Shown here in pieces: positions 13,098-26,139 of a stretch of 64,000 nucleotides of DNA. The first letter of the stretch is position 1, and each line of letters opens with the position of its first letter. Under the pieces are notes generated by a model, which saw only the letters and a list, made by a program, of their open reading frames with translations, was not told the origin of the DNA and made no database searches. This DNA comes from Squalus acanthias (lineage: Eukaryota), in contig CM059432.1 in NCBI GenBank assembly GCA_030390025.1, positions 111,664,001-111,728,000 on the forward strand, read 5' to 3'. The translations under genes and the position numbers were made by a program.

Positions 13098-13552
13098 GTG
13101 TCAGCCGTGGCTCAGTGGGTAGCGCCCACCCCTCTGAGTCAGAAGGTCGTGGGTCCAAGCCCCACTCCAGAGACTCAAGCACAGAATCTAGGCTGGCACT
13201 TCAATGCAGTACTGAGGGAGTGCTGCACTGTCGGAGTTGCCGTGTTTCAGATGAGACGTTAAACCCAGGCATCGTCTGTTCTCTCAGGTGGATGGAAAAC
13301 AACCCATGGCACTATTGGAAGAAGAACACTGAAGTTCTCCTGATGTCCTGGCCAACATTTATCCCTCAACCAACACCACTGAAACAGATTATCTGATTAT
13401 TTATCTCATTACTCTATGTGGGAGCTTGCTGTGTACAAATTGGCTGCCACATTCCTACATTACAACAGTGACTACACTTCAGAAGTACTTCATTGCCTCT
13501 TTGGGACATCCTGACAGCATGAATGGCATTATATAAATGCAAGCTCTTTCTT
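13098..13552 (+). mobile_element. Full-length tRNA-headed Deu-core SINE (SacSINE1-like)
   Basis: A box TGGCTCAGTGG, B-box-like GGTCCAAGCCC, Deu-like core, L2-like tail GGCATTATATAAATGCAAG. Confidence 0.9.
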
Positions 13553-14544
13553 TTCACAGCATGCAAATAGTTTTCAGTTCCATTTGGGCTTGGTGACAAA
13601 ATGTGCAACAATTATATAAGGCAATGGAGGCCTTTCCTTTTAACAGCACTCAAGTTGCAACTACAGCTTCAGACATGGGAGCTTGGGGTGCAAGGTGTGA
13701 ACATTTGGGAGGGTGCGTCATATGCCGCGTTGCTGATCAGTATTCAATCCCTTCATAGTACAGGCATTCATTTAATTTGAGATGACAAACCTTATTCAAA
13801 CATACCCTGGCAATTGCTCACCTGCTGTCACAGCCTATGGAGTGGGAGACTGCATTAACTCTGTTAGCAGCCTCCTGCCTTGCCTGCTGTGCATTGGCTC
13901 AGATGCGGGGTGGGGGGGGGGGGCGGTGATTCTGCTGCTCCAACAGTGGAGACCATCCTTTATTGCACCTCCTCCAGAGTGCCCTGGTGATCGGAGTGCT
14001 TCTGACAGTTAGCCCCAAGTGTTATCTTCCCTGCAGTCAGCAAAAACAGTTCGGAGCAAAAGAAAGAAGAAGCAACACTCCATATTCCCTGCCCACGTGC
14101 GGTCATAGCACTCTCTGTTCACCTGGAGCATGCACAAGGAGCACATTACAATTATTCAAATTAGATGATGCGATCCTGGGCCTGTTTTCCCTGAGATCAG
14201 AGAATCAGCCCTATAAAATTGTTCCTCCAGACTTCAAAACTAAAAGTTATATTCTCTTTTTTCATATGTATCGATCCATATATTTTAAAAGGTTGCGTGT
14301 CTTGAAGATTGCAGTGGATGTTGCTTTTGAGTGAGCTGATTGGTCCATGGCCCATGAGATATCCAATGACCATGCTTTGAGTCAGGATTGGTTTCATTAA
14401 TTTCTCCAAGGAAGATTTTCAACAAGTGTTATTTTGTGAAGGTTGACAAAGTATGAAGTGTATAAAAGTAATTAAATATTATTTCATTTATCATATTTTC
14501 TCAGTCTAGAAACACTCTTTTCTTGATTTCAATTTTCGATTCAT

Positions 14545-14700
14545 CACCTGGGCCTAATCTGGTAAAGCGGCTCTTTATAGAACCCACTCGATTTTCATTC
14601 CGTGGATTTCAATAGGATGAAAATCAGGCACGTTATATAAAGGATGGACAATCCGCCCCTCCAGATTACTGTTCAAGCGGTGAAGGCGAACGTTTATTCC
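14545..14700. mobile_element. Small old MITE-like palindromic element
   Basis: Central hairpin GATTTTCATTCC...GGATGAAAATC; relatively CpG-rich. Ends unclear. Confidence 0.35.
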
Positions 14701-15411
14701 TTTAGCTCTGAATTGGATGCAGTTTATTAGGAGTCACCTCTTTCAACGTCTGATGCCCCTCTTCTGTTAATACATTACAGCAGCAAATTACCTGAGCTGT
14801 GTGGTATCCTGGATACAGTACAAAGCTGATAGGGGGTTTTGTGAGACGTTCTGAGTGTTTGTGACGCGTGGTTGTGGTCCCTTAAAATTGTTTAAGTACT
14901 TTGATATGAAATGGCAAATAAAAAGCATAATCAGAAAAGAGAAGTTGTTAACCTCTAGAGAACAGGTAGTACCTGACAGGTAACGAGGGATTAGGAATAT
15001 CACTACAGGTAAGATAGTCCTTGTCGGTCAAATAGACCTTTAGCCTTTGCCTCATGACATTTCCCACAGAAAGGCAAAAAAAAAGGATTGAAAAATATAA
15101 GATCCCCAATAGCTCAATTGGTAGTAAACACTGAAGTGACATCAATAAGAAGGAAAAAAAGAAATATTTGCATTTCTATAGCGCCTTTCATAATCTCAGG
15201 ACATCCCAATGCATTTTACAGCCGATGAAGTACTTTTGAAGTGTAGTCACTATTGTAATGTAGACAAACGCAGCAGCCAATGTGCGCACAGCAAGCTCCC
15301 ACAAACAGCAATGAGATAATGTCCAGACAATCTGTTTTTACTTGTTGGTTGAGGGATGAATATTGGCCAGGACAATTTTTTTGAACTCGTGCCATGGGAT
15401 CTTTCATGTCC

Positions 15412-16880
15412 CTTAGACTGGAAGGAGGCTAATGTAGTCTCCATCTTTAAAAAAAAATTATAGGCCAATTAGTTTGATATCGGTAGGTAGGAAAGATGGT
15501 TGAGGAAATGATAAGGGATACAATATATGGTTACATAGATAGAGAAGGACACCCAACATGACTCCAAAAAAAGGAGGTAATGTCTTACAAATTTAATTGT
15601 ATTTTTTGTAGAATAACCAAGATGGTGGATGAGGGAAGCCCATAAGACATTGTCTACTTAGACTTCCAAAAAGCTTTTGACAACATACCGCATAAGAGGC
15701 TATGTATTAGTGGAAATATATTGAGCTGGATTGAGAACTGGCTGGAAGGATCTCTTTGGAGAACAGTCACCAGTGGTGAGCCCATTGCTTTTACTATATT
15801 TATTAATGATCTAGATATAGGTATTGGGGCCATAATCTGCAAGTTTGCAGATGATACTAAGATTTGTGTGAGTATTAGGTAGACGATGCTTGACTGCTTC
15901 AGGCAGATCTTGATGTGTTGGGAGATTAGGCTCATAACTGGCAAATAATGTTCAACTTGGAAAAGTGCAGTGTTATGCATGTGGGCAGGGCAAATGCTCA
16001 ACATACCTTCAGGAAAAAGCATTAAAGCAGGTAGAGAAAGAAAGAGATTGGGCGTCCGAGTGCATGCATCTCTAAAGGTACATGAGCAATGCCGTGAAAC
16101 AATAGCTAGAGCGAATATGGGTGTTGGGGTACATTTGTAGGCCAATTGACTATAAGACAAAGCACACTATTTTGTCCTTGTACAAGACCTTGGTCAGGCC
16201 TCAGTTAGAATACTGTGTCCAGTTTTGGTCTCCTCACATGGTGGGTGATATTGAGGCTTTGGAAAGGGTGCAGAGGAGAAGCCACTAGACTAATTCCCAG
16301 TATAAAGCATCTTAGTTATCAAGATAGGCTAAAAAAGCTGGGACTCTACACTTTAGAGACGCTTAAACTTAGAGATGATCTGATTATGGTTTATAAGATG
16401 ATGAAGGGAATAAATTTTGTTCCAGTTGACAGTTTGTTCCAATTAAATAGGTTAGGGAGGACCAGGTCACAATTTTAGGTTGTACAAGGCTAGATCTAGG
16501 TTAGATGTCAGGAGATGGTTCTTTTCCCAGTGAATAGTGGACCTCTGGAACAGGCTGCCATCTCGTGCAGTGGTGCTGATTTGCTGAATTCCTTCAAGCG
16601 AGAGCTGGACCAATTTCTGGCTGGGACAGCATTAAATTATCAGAGTGATCTGCTGTCAGTTTCGATTGACCAAGGTGATCGGAGAGGAATTTCCCAGATT
16701 TTTTGTCACCAAATTGGCCTGGGTTTTTACCTGTTTATTCACCTTCCCAGGAAATCACATGGTTTCGAGTGGGTGGAGAGTGTATCTATTGCGATCCACA
16801 AGGTATCACAATTATATGGGACAGGTTGGATGGAGCAGAGGGTATTTTCCTGCCCATCAATGTTTATATGTTCATATGTA
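15412..16880 (+). mobile_element. Old CR1 LINE 3' portion, decayed
   Basis: YLDFQKAFD, CKFADDTK and LYKTLVRPQLEYCVQFWSP motifs, with deletions and stops. Confidence 0.85.
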
Positions 16881-16925
16881 CATCCACCTGAGAGAGCCTT
16901 GGTTTAACGTCTCATCTAAATGATG

Positions 16926-17408
16926 AGATTTAAAATCTAAAAGGAGATTTACTTGAATGGTACCAGGGATGAGGGACTTCAGTTATGTAGAGAGACTAGA
17001 GAAGCTGTGATTCTTCTCCTTAGAGCTGAGAAGGTTAAGGGGAGATTTAATAGAGGTGCTTAAAATTATGAGGGGTTTTGATAGAGTAAATAAGGAGAAA
17101 CTATTTCCACTGGCAGAAGGGTTGGTAACTGGAGGACACAGATTTAAGATAATTAGCAAAAAAACCAGGGGGGAAATGAGGAGAATTTTTTTTACGCAGT
17201 GAGTTGTTATGATCTGGAATGCACTGCCTGAAAAGGTGGTGGAAGCAGATTCAATAGTAACTTTCAAAAGACAATTGGATATATACTTGAAAAGGAGAAA
17301 CATTGTAGGGCTATGGGGAAAGAGCAGGACTAATTGAATAGCTCTTTCATAGAGCCAGTACAGATACAATGGGTTGAATGGCCTCCTTCTGTGCTGTATG
17401 ATTCTATA
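16926..17408 (+). mobile_element. CR1 3' end
   Basis: RGDLIEVLKIMRGFDRV...FFTQ; ends TATGATTCTA. Confidence 0.85.
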
Positions 17409-17940
17409 ACACCTCTGACAGTGTAGCACTCCCTCAGTACTGCACTGGAGTTTCAGCCTAGATTATGTCCTGAAATGGGACTATGAACACCCAACCTTCC
17501 AACTACAAAGCTGAGACTGCTACCACTGAGCCACAGCTGACAACTAGGGGAAATGTGTAGGAATTTAATCAGATAAAGGGATATTTGTAAATATGCGCAT
17601 ATATTTGACAAAAATATCTTTGCAGCAACACTCACAATTGTTGCCAAAGCCACTCTAGTCGGATCACAGCAATGTCATACAAACCTTTTTAAAAGGGCAA
17701 AGCTGCCTATTTTTCTTACAAAATGAGGGAAAAGTAATGAGTCGGAGAAAAAGAAATATTAAATACTGAGGAAAAAAATTCAAATCAGTAGTGCAAGCAG
17801 CCAACAGAATTTGCCTCAGCAAAATTGAAAGCTTACCTTTAAGTTTGCAAACATTCAAAATGTCTGAAGGGGCCTTCCATTCCAATCAGTGCTCATTTCA
17901 TAACAACATTGAAGGCCTGTGGCACTTCCCCATTGATGAG

Positions 17941-18492
17941 ACTGTGTACAATTTTGGTCTCTTTACCTAAGGAAGGATATACTTGCCATAGAGGGAGTGC
18001 AACGAAGGTTCACGAGATTGATTCCTGGGATGGCGGGACTGTCGTATGAGAAGAGATTGAGTAAGCTAGACCTGTATTCTCTTGAATTCAGAAGAATGAG
18101 AGAGGATCTCATTGAAGCATACAAAATTATTACAGGGCTTGATAGGATGGATGCTGGGAGAATGTTTCCCTTGGCTGGGGAGTCTAGAACCAGGGGCCAC
18201 AGCCTCAGGATAAAGGGTAGGCCATTCAGGACTGAGATGAGAAGAAACTTCTTCACACAGAGGGTGGTGAATCTTTGGAATTCCCAGAGGGCTGTGGAGG
18301 CTCAGTCATTGGGTATATTCAAACCAGAAGTTGATAGATTTCTGACTAGTAAGGGCATCAAGGGATATGGCGATAGGGCCGGTGAATGGAGTTGAGGCAG
18401 AAGATCAGCCATGATCTCATTGAATGGCGGAGCAGGCTTGAAGGGCCGAATGGCCTACTCCTGCTCCTATTTCTTATGTTCTTATGTTCTTA
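17941..18492 (+). mobile_element. CR1 3' end
   Basis: ORF 17997-18395 (QRRFTRLIPG...FFTQRVVNLWN) with a (TTCTTATG)n tail. Confidence 0.92.
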
Positions 18493-18579
18493 TTATGGGA
18501 GGAAGAATTAATTGAAATAGCACTTGCCTGCCACATTGCAGAACAGTTGGGCGAATACGAAGCCTAAGGTTGGGTGAAA

Positions 18580-18672
18580 AAGAAAGAAAGACTTGCATTT
18601 ATATAGCGCCTTTCATGACCGCTGGACGTCCTGACAGCCTATGAAGTACTTTTTGAAGTGTAGTCGCTGTAG
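18580..18672 (-). mobile_element. Deu-core SINE 3' tail fragment
   Basis: AAAGACTTGCATTTATATAGCGCCTTTCATGACC. Confidence 0.7.
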
Positions 18673-19633
18673 GATGCCCAATGATGCACACCCCATTCAC
18701 CTGTTCAGCACTAGCGCACAGCCCCATTCGTGCTTTTTCCACTAACGCATCGAATTGTCATTCGAATCCAAGTATTGCCCAAGCTCCTTCCCTGCTAACT
18801 TATTCCTGATAACATTACTCCTTGGGTGAAAAAAAGTTCTAACTGGCTTCTCTTCTTACTCCCAGCATTGTAATTGTCACTCGTTACTGCATTATTAGTA
18901 CAGCTTTTTTTTTCATATTACACACACCCTCTGATTATTTGTATAATTTCATTCAATATATTAATAGAGATGATAATGGAACAATATATTAAAGGCACTA
19001 GTCTTTAGAATACAGGGAGGATTTACTAAGATTATTACTTTAATTGAAACATAAACATGCAATTATTCTAATGTTTATAATTTTGCTACGGTGCACAAAG
19101 GAAATCTGTCCCCTTTCTGACCCTGTCTCTCCCATCCCCTCATGCCCCACCCCCCGTGATTTAATTTTGTATCTTTGGAAAACAAGAGTCCCACTGATCT
19201 GTTGCCTTATTTTTCAAGAAGTGTGTGATATCAGGACATCTGCAATGGTCAGAGCCAGGTACGCCATTTTAAATTCTTCAGCAAGAAGACAGCAAGCGTG
19301 GCGTCGCCGTGTCACTGAATAGGCTCCAGCTCTCAAGCCCTCCCATCTGGCTGCAATCAGAGTGAAACAGGCAAACACACAGAGCAGTGTTTTGCCAATT
19401 TTTTTATAATCCAATTTGGAAAACAAAAGAAGCATTTGATGAATATTATGTTTCTGGGTCCTCGGGACTGAAATAAAGTCAAAAAGGAAGTTATTTTTTC
19501 AAAAAAACACCATCAAAAAGATTGCTGTAACATGAGCACACAAGTGTGCTTGGGTTGTTGTGCTGTCATTAAAGTAAATTTGTAAATTGAAAGTGGAGAA
19601 AACAACGAAGAAGCTTTGAAGTACAGAGAGAGG

Positions 19634-20257
19634 GCCCCAGCCCAAGCTCAGTGAAGACAGCGCTGTCAGAGAGAGGGTCCCACCCCCAGCCCAGTGAATA
19701 CAGCGCTGTCAGAGAGAGGGTCCCACTCCCAGCCCAGTGAATACAGCGCTGTCAGAGAGAGGGTCCCACCCCCAGCCCAGTGAAGACAGCGCTGTCAGAG
19801 AGAGGGTCCCACTCCCAGCCCAGTGAATACAGCGCTGTCAGAGAGAGGGTCCCACCCCCAGCCCAGTGAATACAGCGCTGTCAGAGAGAGGGTCCCACCC
19901 CCAGCCCAGTGAATACAGCACTGTCAGAGAGAGGGTCCCACCCCCAGCCCCAGCCCAGTGAATACAGCGCTGTCAGAGAGAGGGTCCCACCCCCAGCCCA
20001 GTGAATACAGCGCTGTCAGAGAGAGGGTCCCACCCCCAGCCCCAGCCCAGTGAATACAGCGCTGTCAGAGAGAGGGTCCCACTCCCAGCCCCAGCCCAGT
20101 GAATACAGCGCTGTCAGAGAGAGGGTCCCACCCCCAGCCCAGTGAATACAGCGCTGTCAGAGAGAGGGTCCCACCCCCAGCCCCAGCCCAGTGAATACAG
20201 CGCTGTCAGAGAGAGGGTCCCACCCCCAGCCCCAGCCCAGTGAATACAGCGCTGTCA
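19634..20257. repeat. Minisatellite, ~14 units of 43 bp with 49-bp variants
   Basis: Unit CCAGCCCAGTGAATACAGCGCTGTCAGAGAGAGGGTCCCACCC; later units carry an extra 6-bp CCCAGC-type insert. Confidence 0.97.
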
Positions 20258-21665
20258 ACCAGGAGAGAAATTCAGGATCTGCTTAGAAGCTCCAAATCAT
20301 TTCCAGTTGACGTCAGGCAGGATTATGTAGACTCTGGTAATTATTTTGAATGCTTAATATTTTGTAATGAAAACCAGCTGAGGGGCTCTTTGAAAAGGAG
20401 AGCACCTTCAAATCAAAAAATAGCTCTACCTATGTACTATAAATGGATATATTTGCCCATGGGCCTCCTCCATACTATTTTAAAATTGCCTTTGTAATTA
20501 TTTGCATTACTTTGCTATGGTGACGACTCCAACTCTTTCACACACGCACACAACACACAACAGACACACAACACACACACAACACACGCAAACAAACATA
20601 TGGACTAATTACCTGTGAGACCTAAGCCAGCTGGAGCAAGTAATGTAGGGATTCTGTATAAGATTGGCAAAGTGTCAGCTACTTGGACCCAACACTCCCC
20701 CGGAAGTCTACACCCCAAAGCCACAACACACGGAGGGAGGGAGGGATAGGTTGTTAAAGAGGGAAGTTCGGAGTAACACCACCACCATCTAGACAGCACA
20801 ATAATGGTGATCCCACCCAACTGATCGATTAGGACAGCTGGTGTGCTCTCTTGCCTGGTTACCACACCCGTCACCTTCCAGCCTGAAGCATGGAACACTG
20901 CTAGATCATTATGGACAACTGTGCCTATAAACTTATACACATGGTATATTAGGGCTAATTTTACCAATCCTTCCTGCTGAACTTTTAGATCATTATTTCT
21001 GAAAATCTTGAGCCGTGCACATCCGAGTTTCCGATATGCCCCATGAACGGGTGAGAAAATCACCAGCAGCACATCATCATAAAGTAACCCTAATGTGTTG
21101 TGGTGCCCTAATATTTGGTAAGTTTCTACATGGTACATTAATTTTTTGTTAATTCGTTCTCAGAATGTGGACATCGCCGTCAAGACTGCATTTATTGCCC
21201 ATCCGTAGTTGCCATGAGAAAGTGTTGGTGGGCCTTCTTCTTAAACCCTTGCAGTCCCTGTGGTACAGGTGCTCCCACAATGCTGTTAGGTAAAGAGTTC
21301 CAGGACTTTGACCCGGCAACGAGGAAAGCACGGCGATATGTGTCACGATGGTGTGTGACTTGAAGGGTAACCTGGAAGTGATGGTGTTTCAATGCACCTG
21401 CTGCCTTTGTCCTTCGAGGTGGTGGGGGTTGTAGGTTTGGGAGGTGCTGCCAAGAAAGCTTTGGTGAGCTGCTGCAGTGCATCCTGTAGATAGTACACAC
21501 TGCAGGCATGGTACACCAGTGGTGGAGGGACTGGATGTTTAGGTTAGTGGGTGAGGTGGCGATCAAGCAGACTGCTTTGTCTTGGATGGTGTCGAGCTTC
21601 TTGAGTGTTGTTGGAGCTGCACTCATCCAGGCAAGTGGAGAGAATTCCATCTCACACCTGACTTC

Positions 21666-24456
21666 ATTGAATCATAGAATCATAGAAAGTTACAGCACGG
21701 AAGGAGGCCATTTTGGCCCATCTTGTCCGTGCCGGCCAACAAAGAGCTATCCAGCCTAATCCCACTTCTCAGCACTTGGTCCGTAGCCCTGCAGGTTAAA
21801 GCATCCGGAATGCACATCCAAGTACTTTTTAAATGTGGTTAGGGTTCCTGCCTCTACCACCCTTTCAGGCAGTGAGTTCCAGACCCCCACAACCCTCTGG
21901 GTGAAGAAATTTCCCCTCAAATCCCCTCTAAACCTTTCCCCAATTACTTTAAATCTGTGCCCCCTGGTTTTTGACCCCTCTGCTAAGGGAAATAGGTCCT
22001 TTCTATCCACTTTGTCTATGCCCCTCATAATTTTATACACCTCAATAAGGTCTCCCCTCAGCCTCCTCTGTTCCAAGGAAAACAGACCCAGCCTATCCAG
22101 TCTTTCCTCATAGCTAAGATTCTCTACTCCCGGCAACATCCTTGTAAATCTCCTCTGTACCCTCTCCAGTACAATCACATCTTTCCTGTAATGTGGTGAC
22201 CAGAACAGCACGCAGTACTCTAGCTGAGGCCTAACTAGTGTTTTATACAGTTGAAGCATAACCCCCCTGCTCTTGTATTCTATGCCACGGCTAATAAAGA
22301 CAAGCATTCCGTATGCCTTCTTAACCACCTTGGCCCAGAAATTCGCCTGTCCGGCTTGCCGCGGGGGTAAGGATTGCGCGCGCTCTTACCTACCGCGCCT
22401 GCCGTTGTGTTTTGGGCCCACGGGAACTTCGGGTCCTGGGCCTCTCCCAACTGCCGGCGCGCAGTGCTTGCGTGTCCCGGGGCGCAGTTAGTGCGATGCG
22501 TCCCCTGGGATCACGTGGGCCATGGAGAGCCAATGGCAGCAGACCATCTTTCATTCATAAATTTGACAGGAGACCTGTCAAATCTGTGAATTGAAATCGG
22601 CCCCAAAAGAACAGCTAAACTTAAAATAAATTTAAAAAAAACCCCATCACATTTATAAAATAACTATAGTTAAATAAATTAACCACTTTAAACAAAAATT
22701 TAAATTTTTGAAAAAATTAAAATACTTTTTAAAAGTTATAAAAATAAACTTACCTTTCTTTAAAGTATCTAAAAAAGATAAACCTGTTGAAAATTTTTTA
22801 AAATTATACTTAATTAACCACTTACCTTGTTCAAAACGGGTCTTGCGCTTCCTTTTCATTCGCGTAGTATCTTCCATACTTACCCTCGCGTAGAAACCTG
22901 AAAAAAAATCTAAGTTTGCTGCGTGTGCGCAGCCTCTAGCGCGCACACGGTTCACCTAGGAACCGCCCCCTTCACCATACCGGAAGTTCCGATTTCCCGC
23001 GCATGCGCAGTACATGCAGGAAACCGGCACTTCGGGAAGCAATATGGGTGAGTACGGACTGTGTACTCACCCGGGAAGGGCCGAATTTTTGGGCCAAGCT
23101 TATGTACTTGGCCTGCTACCTTCAGGGATCTGTGGACATGCACTCCAAGGTCCCTTTGTTCCTCTACACTACTCAGTGTCCTACCATTTAATGTGTATTC
23201 CCTTGCCATGTTAGCCCTCCCCAAATTCATTACCTCATACTTCTCCGGATTGAATTCCATTTGCCACTGTTCTGCCTACTTGACCAATTTATTGATATCT
23301 TCCTGCAGTCTACAGCTTCCTTCTTCAGTATCAACCACACAGCCGATTTTAGTATCATCTGCAAACTTCTTAATCATACCCCCCATATTCAAGTCAAGAT
23401 CGTTGATATATACCACAAAAAGCAAGGGACCTAGTATTGAGCCCTGCAGAACCCCACTGGAAACAGCCTTCCAGTCACAAAAACACCCATCAACCATTAC
23501 CCTCTGCCTCCTGTCTCCGAGCCAGTTTTGAATCCAACTTGACACTTTGCCCTGGATCCCATGGGCTTTTAACTTTGTGACCAGTCTACCATGTGGAACC
23601 TTATCAAAAGCCTTGCTAAAGTCCATATACACTATATTAAATGCAATACCCTCATCTACCCTCCTTGTTACCTCCTCAAAAAATTCAATCAAGTTTGTCA
23701 GACACGACCTTCCCTTAACAAACCCGTGCTGACTATCCTTGATTAATCCGTGTCTTTCTAAATGAAGATTTATCCTGTCCTTCAGAATTCTTTCCAATAA
23801 TTTTCCCACCACCGAGGTTAGGTTGACTGGCCTGTAATTACTCGATCTATCCTTTTCTCCCTTTTTAAACAAGGGTACCACATTAGCAGTCCTCCAGTCC
23901 TCCGGCACCACACCTGAAGCCAGAGAGGATTGAAAAAATGATGGTCAGGGCCTCTGCTATTTCCTCTTTTGCTTCGCTTAACAGCCTGGGATACATTTCA
24001 TCCGGGCCTGGGGATTTATCCACTTTTAAAGCTGCTAAACCCCTTAATACTTCCTCTCTCACTATGTTTATTTCATCTAATATTTCACACTCCTCACCCC
24101 CCCCCCCCGCGATAGCAATATCTGCTTTGCCCCTCTCATTAGTGAAAACAGACGCAAAGTATTCATTAAGAACCCTACCGACGTCTCCCGCCTCCACACA
24201 CAGATTACCCTCATGATCTCTAATAGGCCCGACCCTTTCTTTAGTTATCCTCTTACTCTTAATATATTTATAAAACATCTGGGTTTTCCTTGATTTTACT
24301 TGCCAAGAATTTTTCATGCTCTCTCTTTGCTTTCCTAATATCCTTTTTAATTGCACCCCTGCACTTTCTGTACTCCTCTAAAGATTCTGGAGTATTTAGC
24401 CCTTGGTATCTGTCATACGCCTCCCTTTTTTTCTTTATCCTACCCTGTATGTCTCT
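21666..24456 (-). mobile_element. 5'-truncated CR1 LINE (ORF2 RT region) containing a MITE
   Basis: ORFs 21756-22328, 23276-23911 (KKFADDTK) and 23883-24356; (ATTCTATG)n tail. GACTT is repeated at both junctions. Confidence 0.93.
22332..23095. mobile_element. Non-autonomous PIF/Harbinger-type element, 764 bp, GC-rich ends and AT-rich core
   Basis: TIR GGCCCAGAAATTC / GAATTTTTGGGCC. It interrupts the CR1 site ACCACCTTATCTAC, which is intact at ~25606. CTT is duplicated. Confidence 0.85.
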
Positions 24457-24942
24457 AGACTTGAGCCTTGTAGATGGTGGAAATGCTTTGGGAGTCAGGA
24501 GGTGAGCCACTTACCACAAAATACCCAACCTCTGACCTGCTGTAGTAGACACAGTATTTATGTGGCTGGTCCAGTTGAGTTTCTGGTCAATGATGACACT
24601 CACGATGTTGATGGTGGGGGATTTGTTGATGGTAATGCCATTGAATATCAAGGTGAGGTGGTTAGACTCTCTTTTATTGGAGATTGTAATTTCCTAGTAT
24701 TTGTGTGGCGTGACTGTTACTTGCCACTAATTAGCCCAAGCCTGGATGTTGCAAGCGGGCATGGGCTGCTTTATTATCTAAGGAATTGCAAATGGAGTTG
24801 AACACTGTGCAGTCATCAGTGAACAGTCCCACTGTTGACCTCATGTGGAGGGAAGGTCATTGATGAAGCAGCTGGAGATGGTTGGGCCTAGGACACTGCC
24901 TTGAGGAACTCCTGCAGCGATGTCCTGGGGCTGTGATGATTG

Positions 24943-25672
24943 AATCATTGAATCAGAGAATCATAGAAAGTTATAGCACAGAAGGAGGCCATTTCGGCCC
25001 ATCGTGTCCGCGCCGGCCAACAAAGAGCTATCCAGCCTAATCACACTTCCCAGCTCTTGGTCCATAGCCCTGCAGGTTAGAGCATCCCAAGTGGACATCC
25101 AAGTACTTTTTAAATGTGGTTAGGGTTCCTGCCTCTACCATCCTTTCAGGCAGTGAGTTCCAGTCCCCCACAACCCTCTGGGTGAAGAAATCTCCCCTCA
25201 AATCCCCTCTAAACCTTCCCCCAATTACTTTAAATCTGTGCCCCCTGGTTTTTGACCCTTCTGCTAAGGGAAATAGGTCCTTTTTATCCACTTTATCTAT
25301 GCCCCTCATAATTTTATACACCTCAATAAGCTCTCCTCTCAGCCTGCTCTGTTCCAAGGAAAACAGACCCAGCCTATCCAATCTTTCCTCATAGCTAAGA
25401 TTCTCTACTCCCGGCAACATCCTTGTAAATCTCCTCTGTACCCTCTCCAGTGCAATCACATCTTTCCTGTAATGTGGTGACCAGAACTGCATGCAATACT
25501 CTAGCTGAGGCCTAACTAGTGTTTTATACAGTTGAAGCATAACCCTCCTGCTCTTATATTCTATGCCACGGCTAATAAATGCAAGCATTCTGTATGCCTT
25601 CTTAACCACCTTATCTACTTGGCCTGCTACCTTTAGGGATCTGTGGACATGCACTCCAAGGTCCCTTTGTTC
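24943..25672 (-). mobile_element. CR1 3' end, same subfamily as the 21666 copy
   Basis: Near-identical to 21666-22331 plus 23099-23165. Confidence 0.93.
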
Positions 25673-26139
25673 TCCAACAACTACAACCATCTTCCTTTGT
25701 GCTAGATATGACTCGAGCCAGTGGGGAGTTTTCCCCCTGAACTCCATTGACTTCAATTTACTGGGGCTCCTTTATGCCACACTTGGTCAAATGCTGCCTT
25801 AATGTCAACGGCAGTTACTCTCACATCACCTCTGGAATTCAGCTCTTGTGTCTATGCTTGGACCAAGACTATCACAAGGTCTGGTGGAACCCAAACTGAG
25901 CATCAGTGAGCAGGTTATTGGTGAGTAACTGCCGCTGTATAGCACTTCTAATGACTCCTTCCATCACTTTGCTGATGATTGAGAGTAGGCTGATAGGGCG
26001 GTAATTGGTTGGATTGGCCCTGCTTTTTGCGCACAGGACATATCTGGGTAATTTTCCCAATTATCGGGTAGATGCTAGTGTTGTAGCTGTACTGGAACAG
26101 CTTGGCTAGTCCTGAAGCACAGGTCTTCAACACTGCAGC

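Larger units (their letters stand above)
15160..17541 (-). mobile_element. One Deu-core SINE split into three parts (15160-15411, 16881-16925, 17409-17541) by two CR1 insertions
   Basis: The three parts join into the continuous consensus seen at 29185-29290. Confidence 0.8.
21145..26135 (-). mobile_element. Family B LINE split into 21145-21665, 24457-24942 and 25673-26135 by younger CR1 insertions
   Basis: Segments are collinear with the copies at 7735 and 46430; ORFs 21192-21650 and 25872-26060. Confidence 0.88.

Noticed and set aside
13098..13170. tRNA gene
   Set aside because: It is a SINE head continuous with the SINE body, and recurs at 29340-29404, 32205-32274 and 17475-17541.
19634..20257. 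CRISPR-like array of palindromic repeats
   Set aside because: No unique spacers, no cas genes, and the context is vertebrate.
20605..21138. 177-aa minus-strand ORF
   Set aside because: No recognisable domain or splice structure; possibly a decayed element that I could not classify.
25037..25756. 239-aa chimeric LINE ORF
   Set aside because: It crosses the junction between a family B LINE and an inserted CR1.
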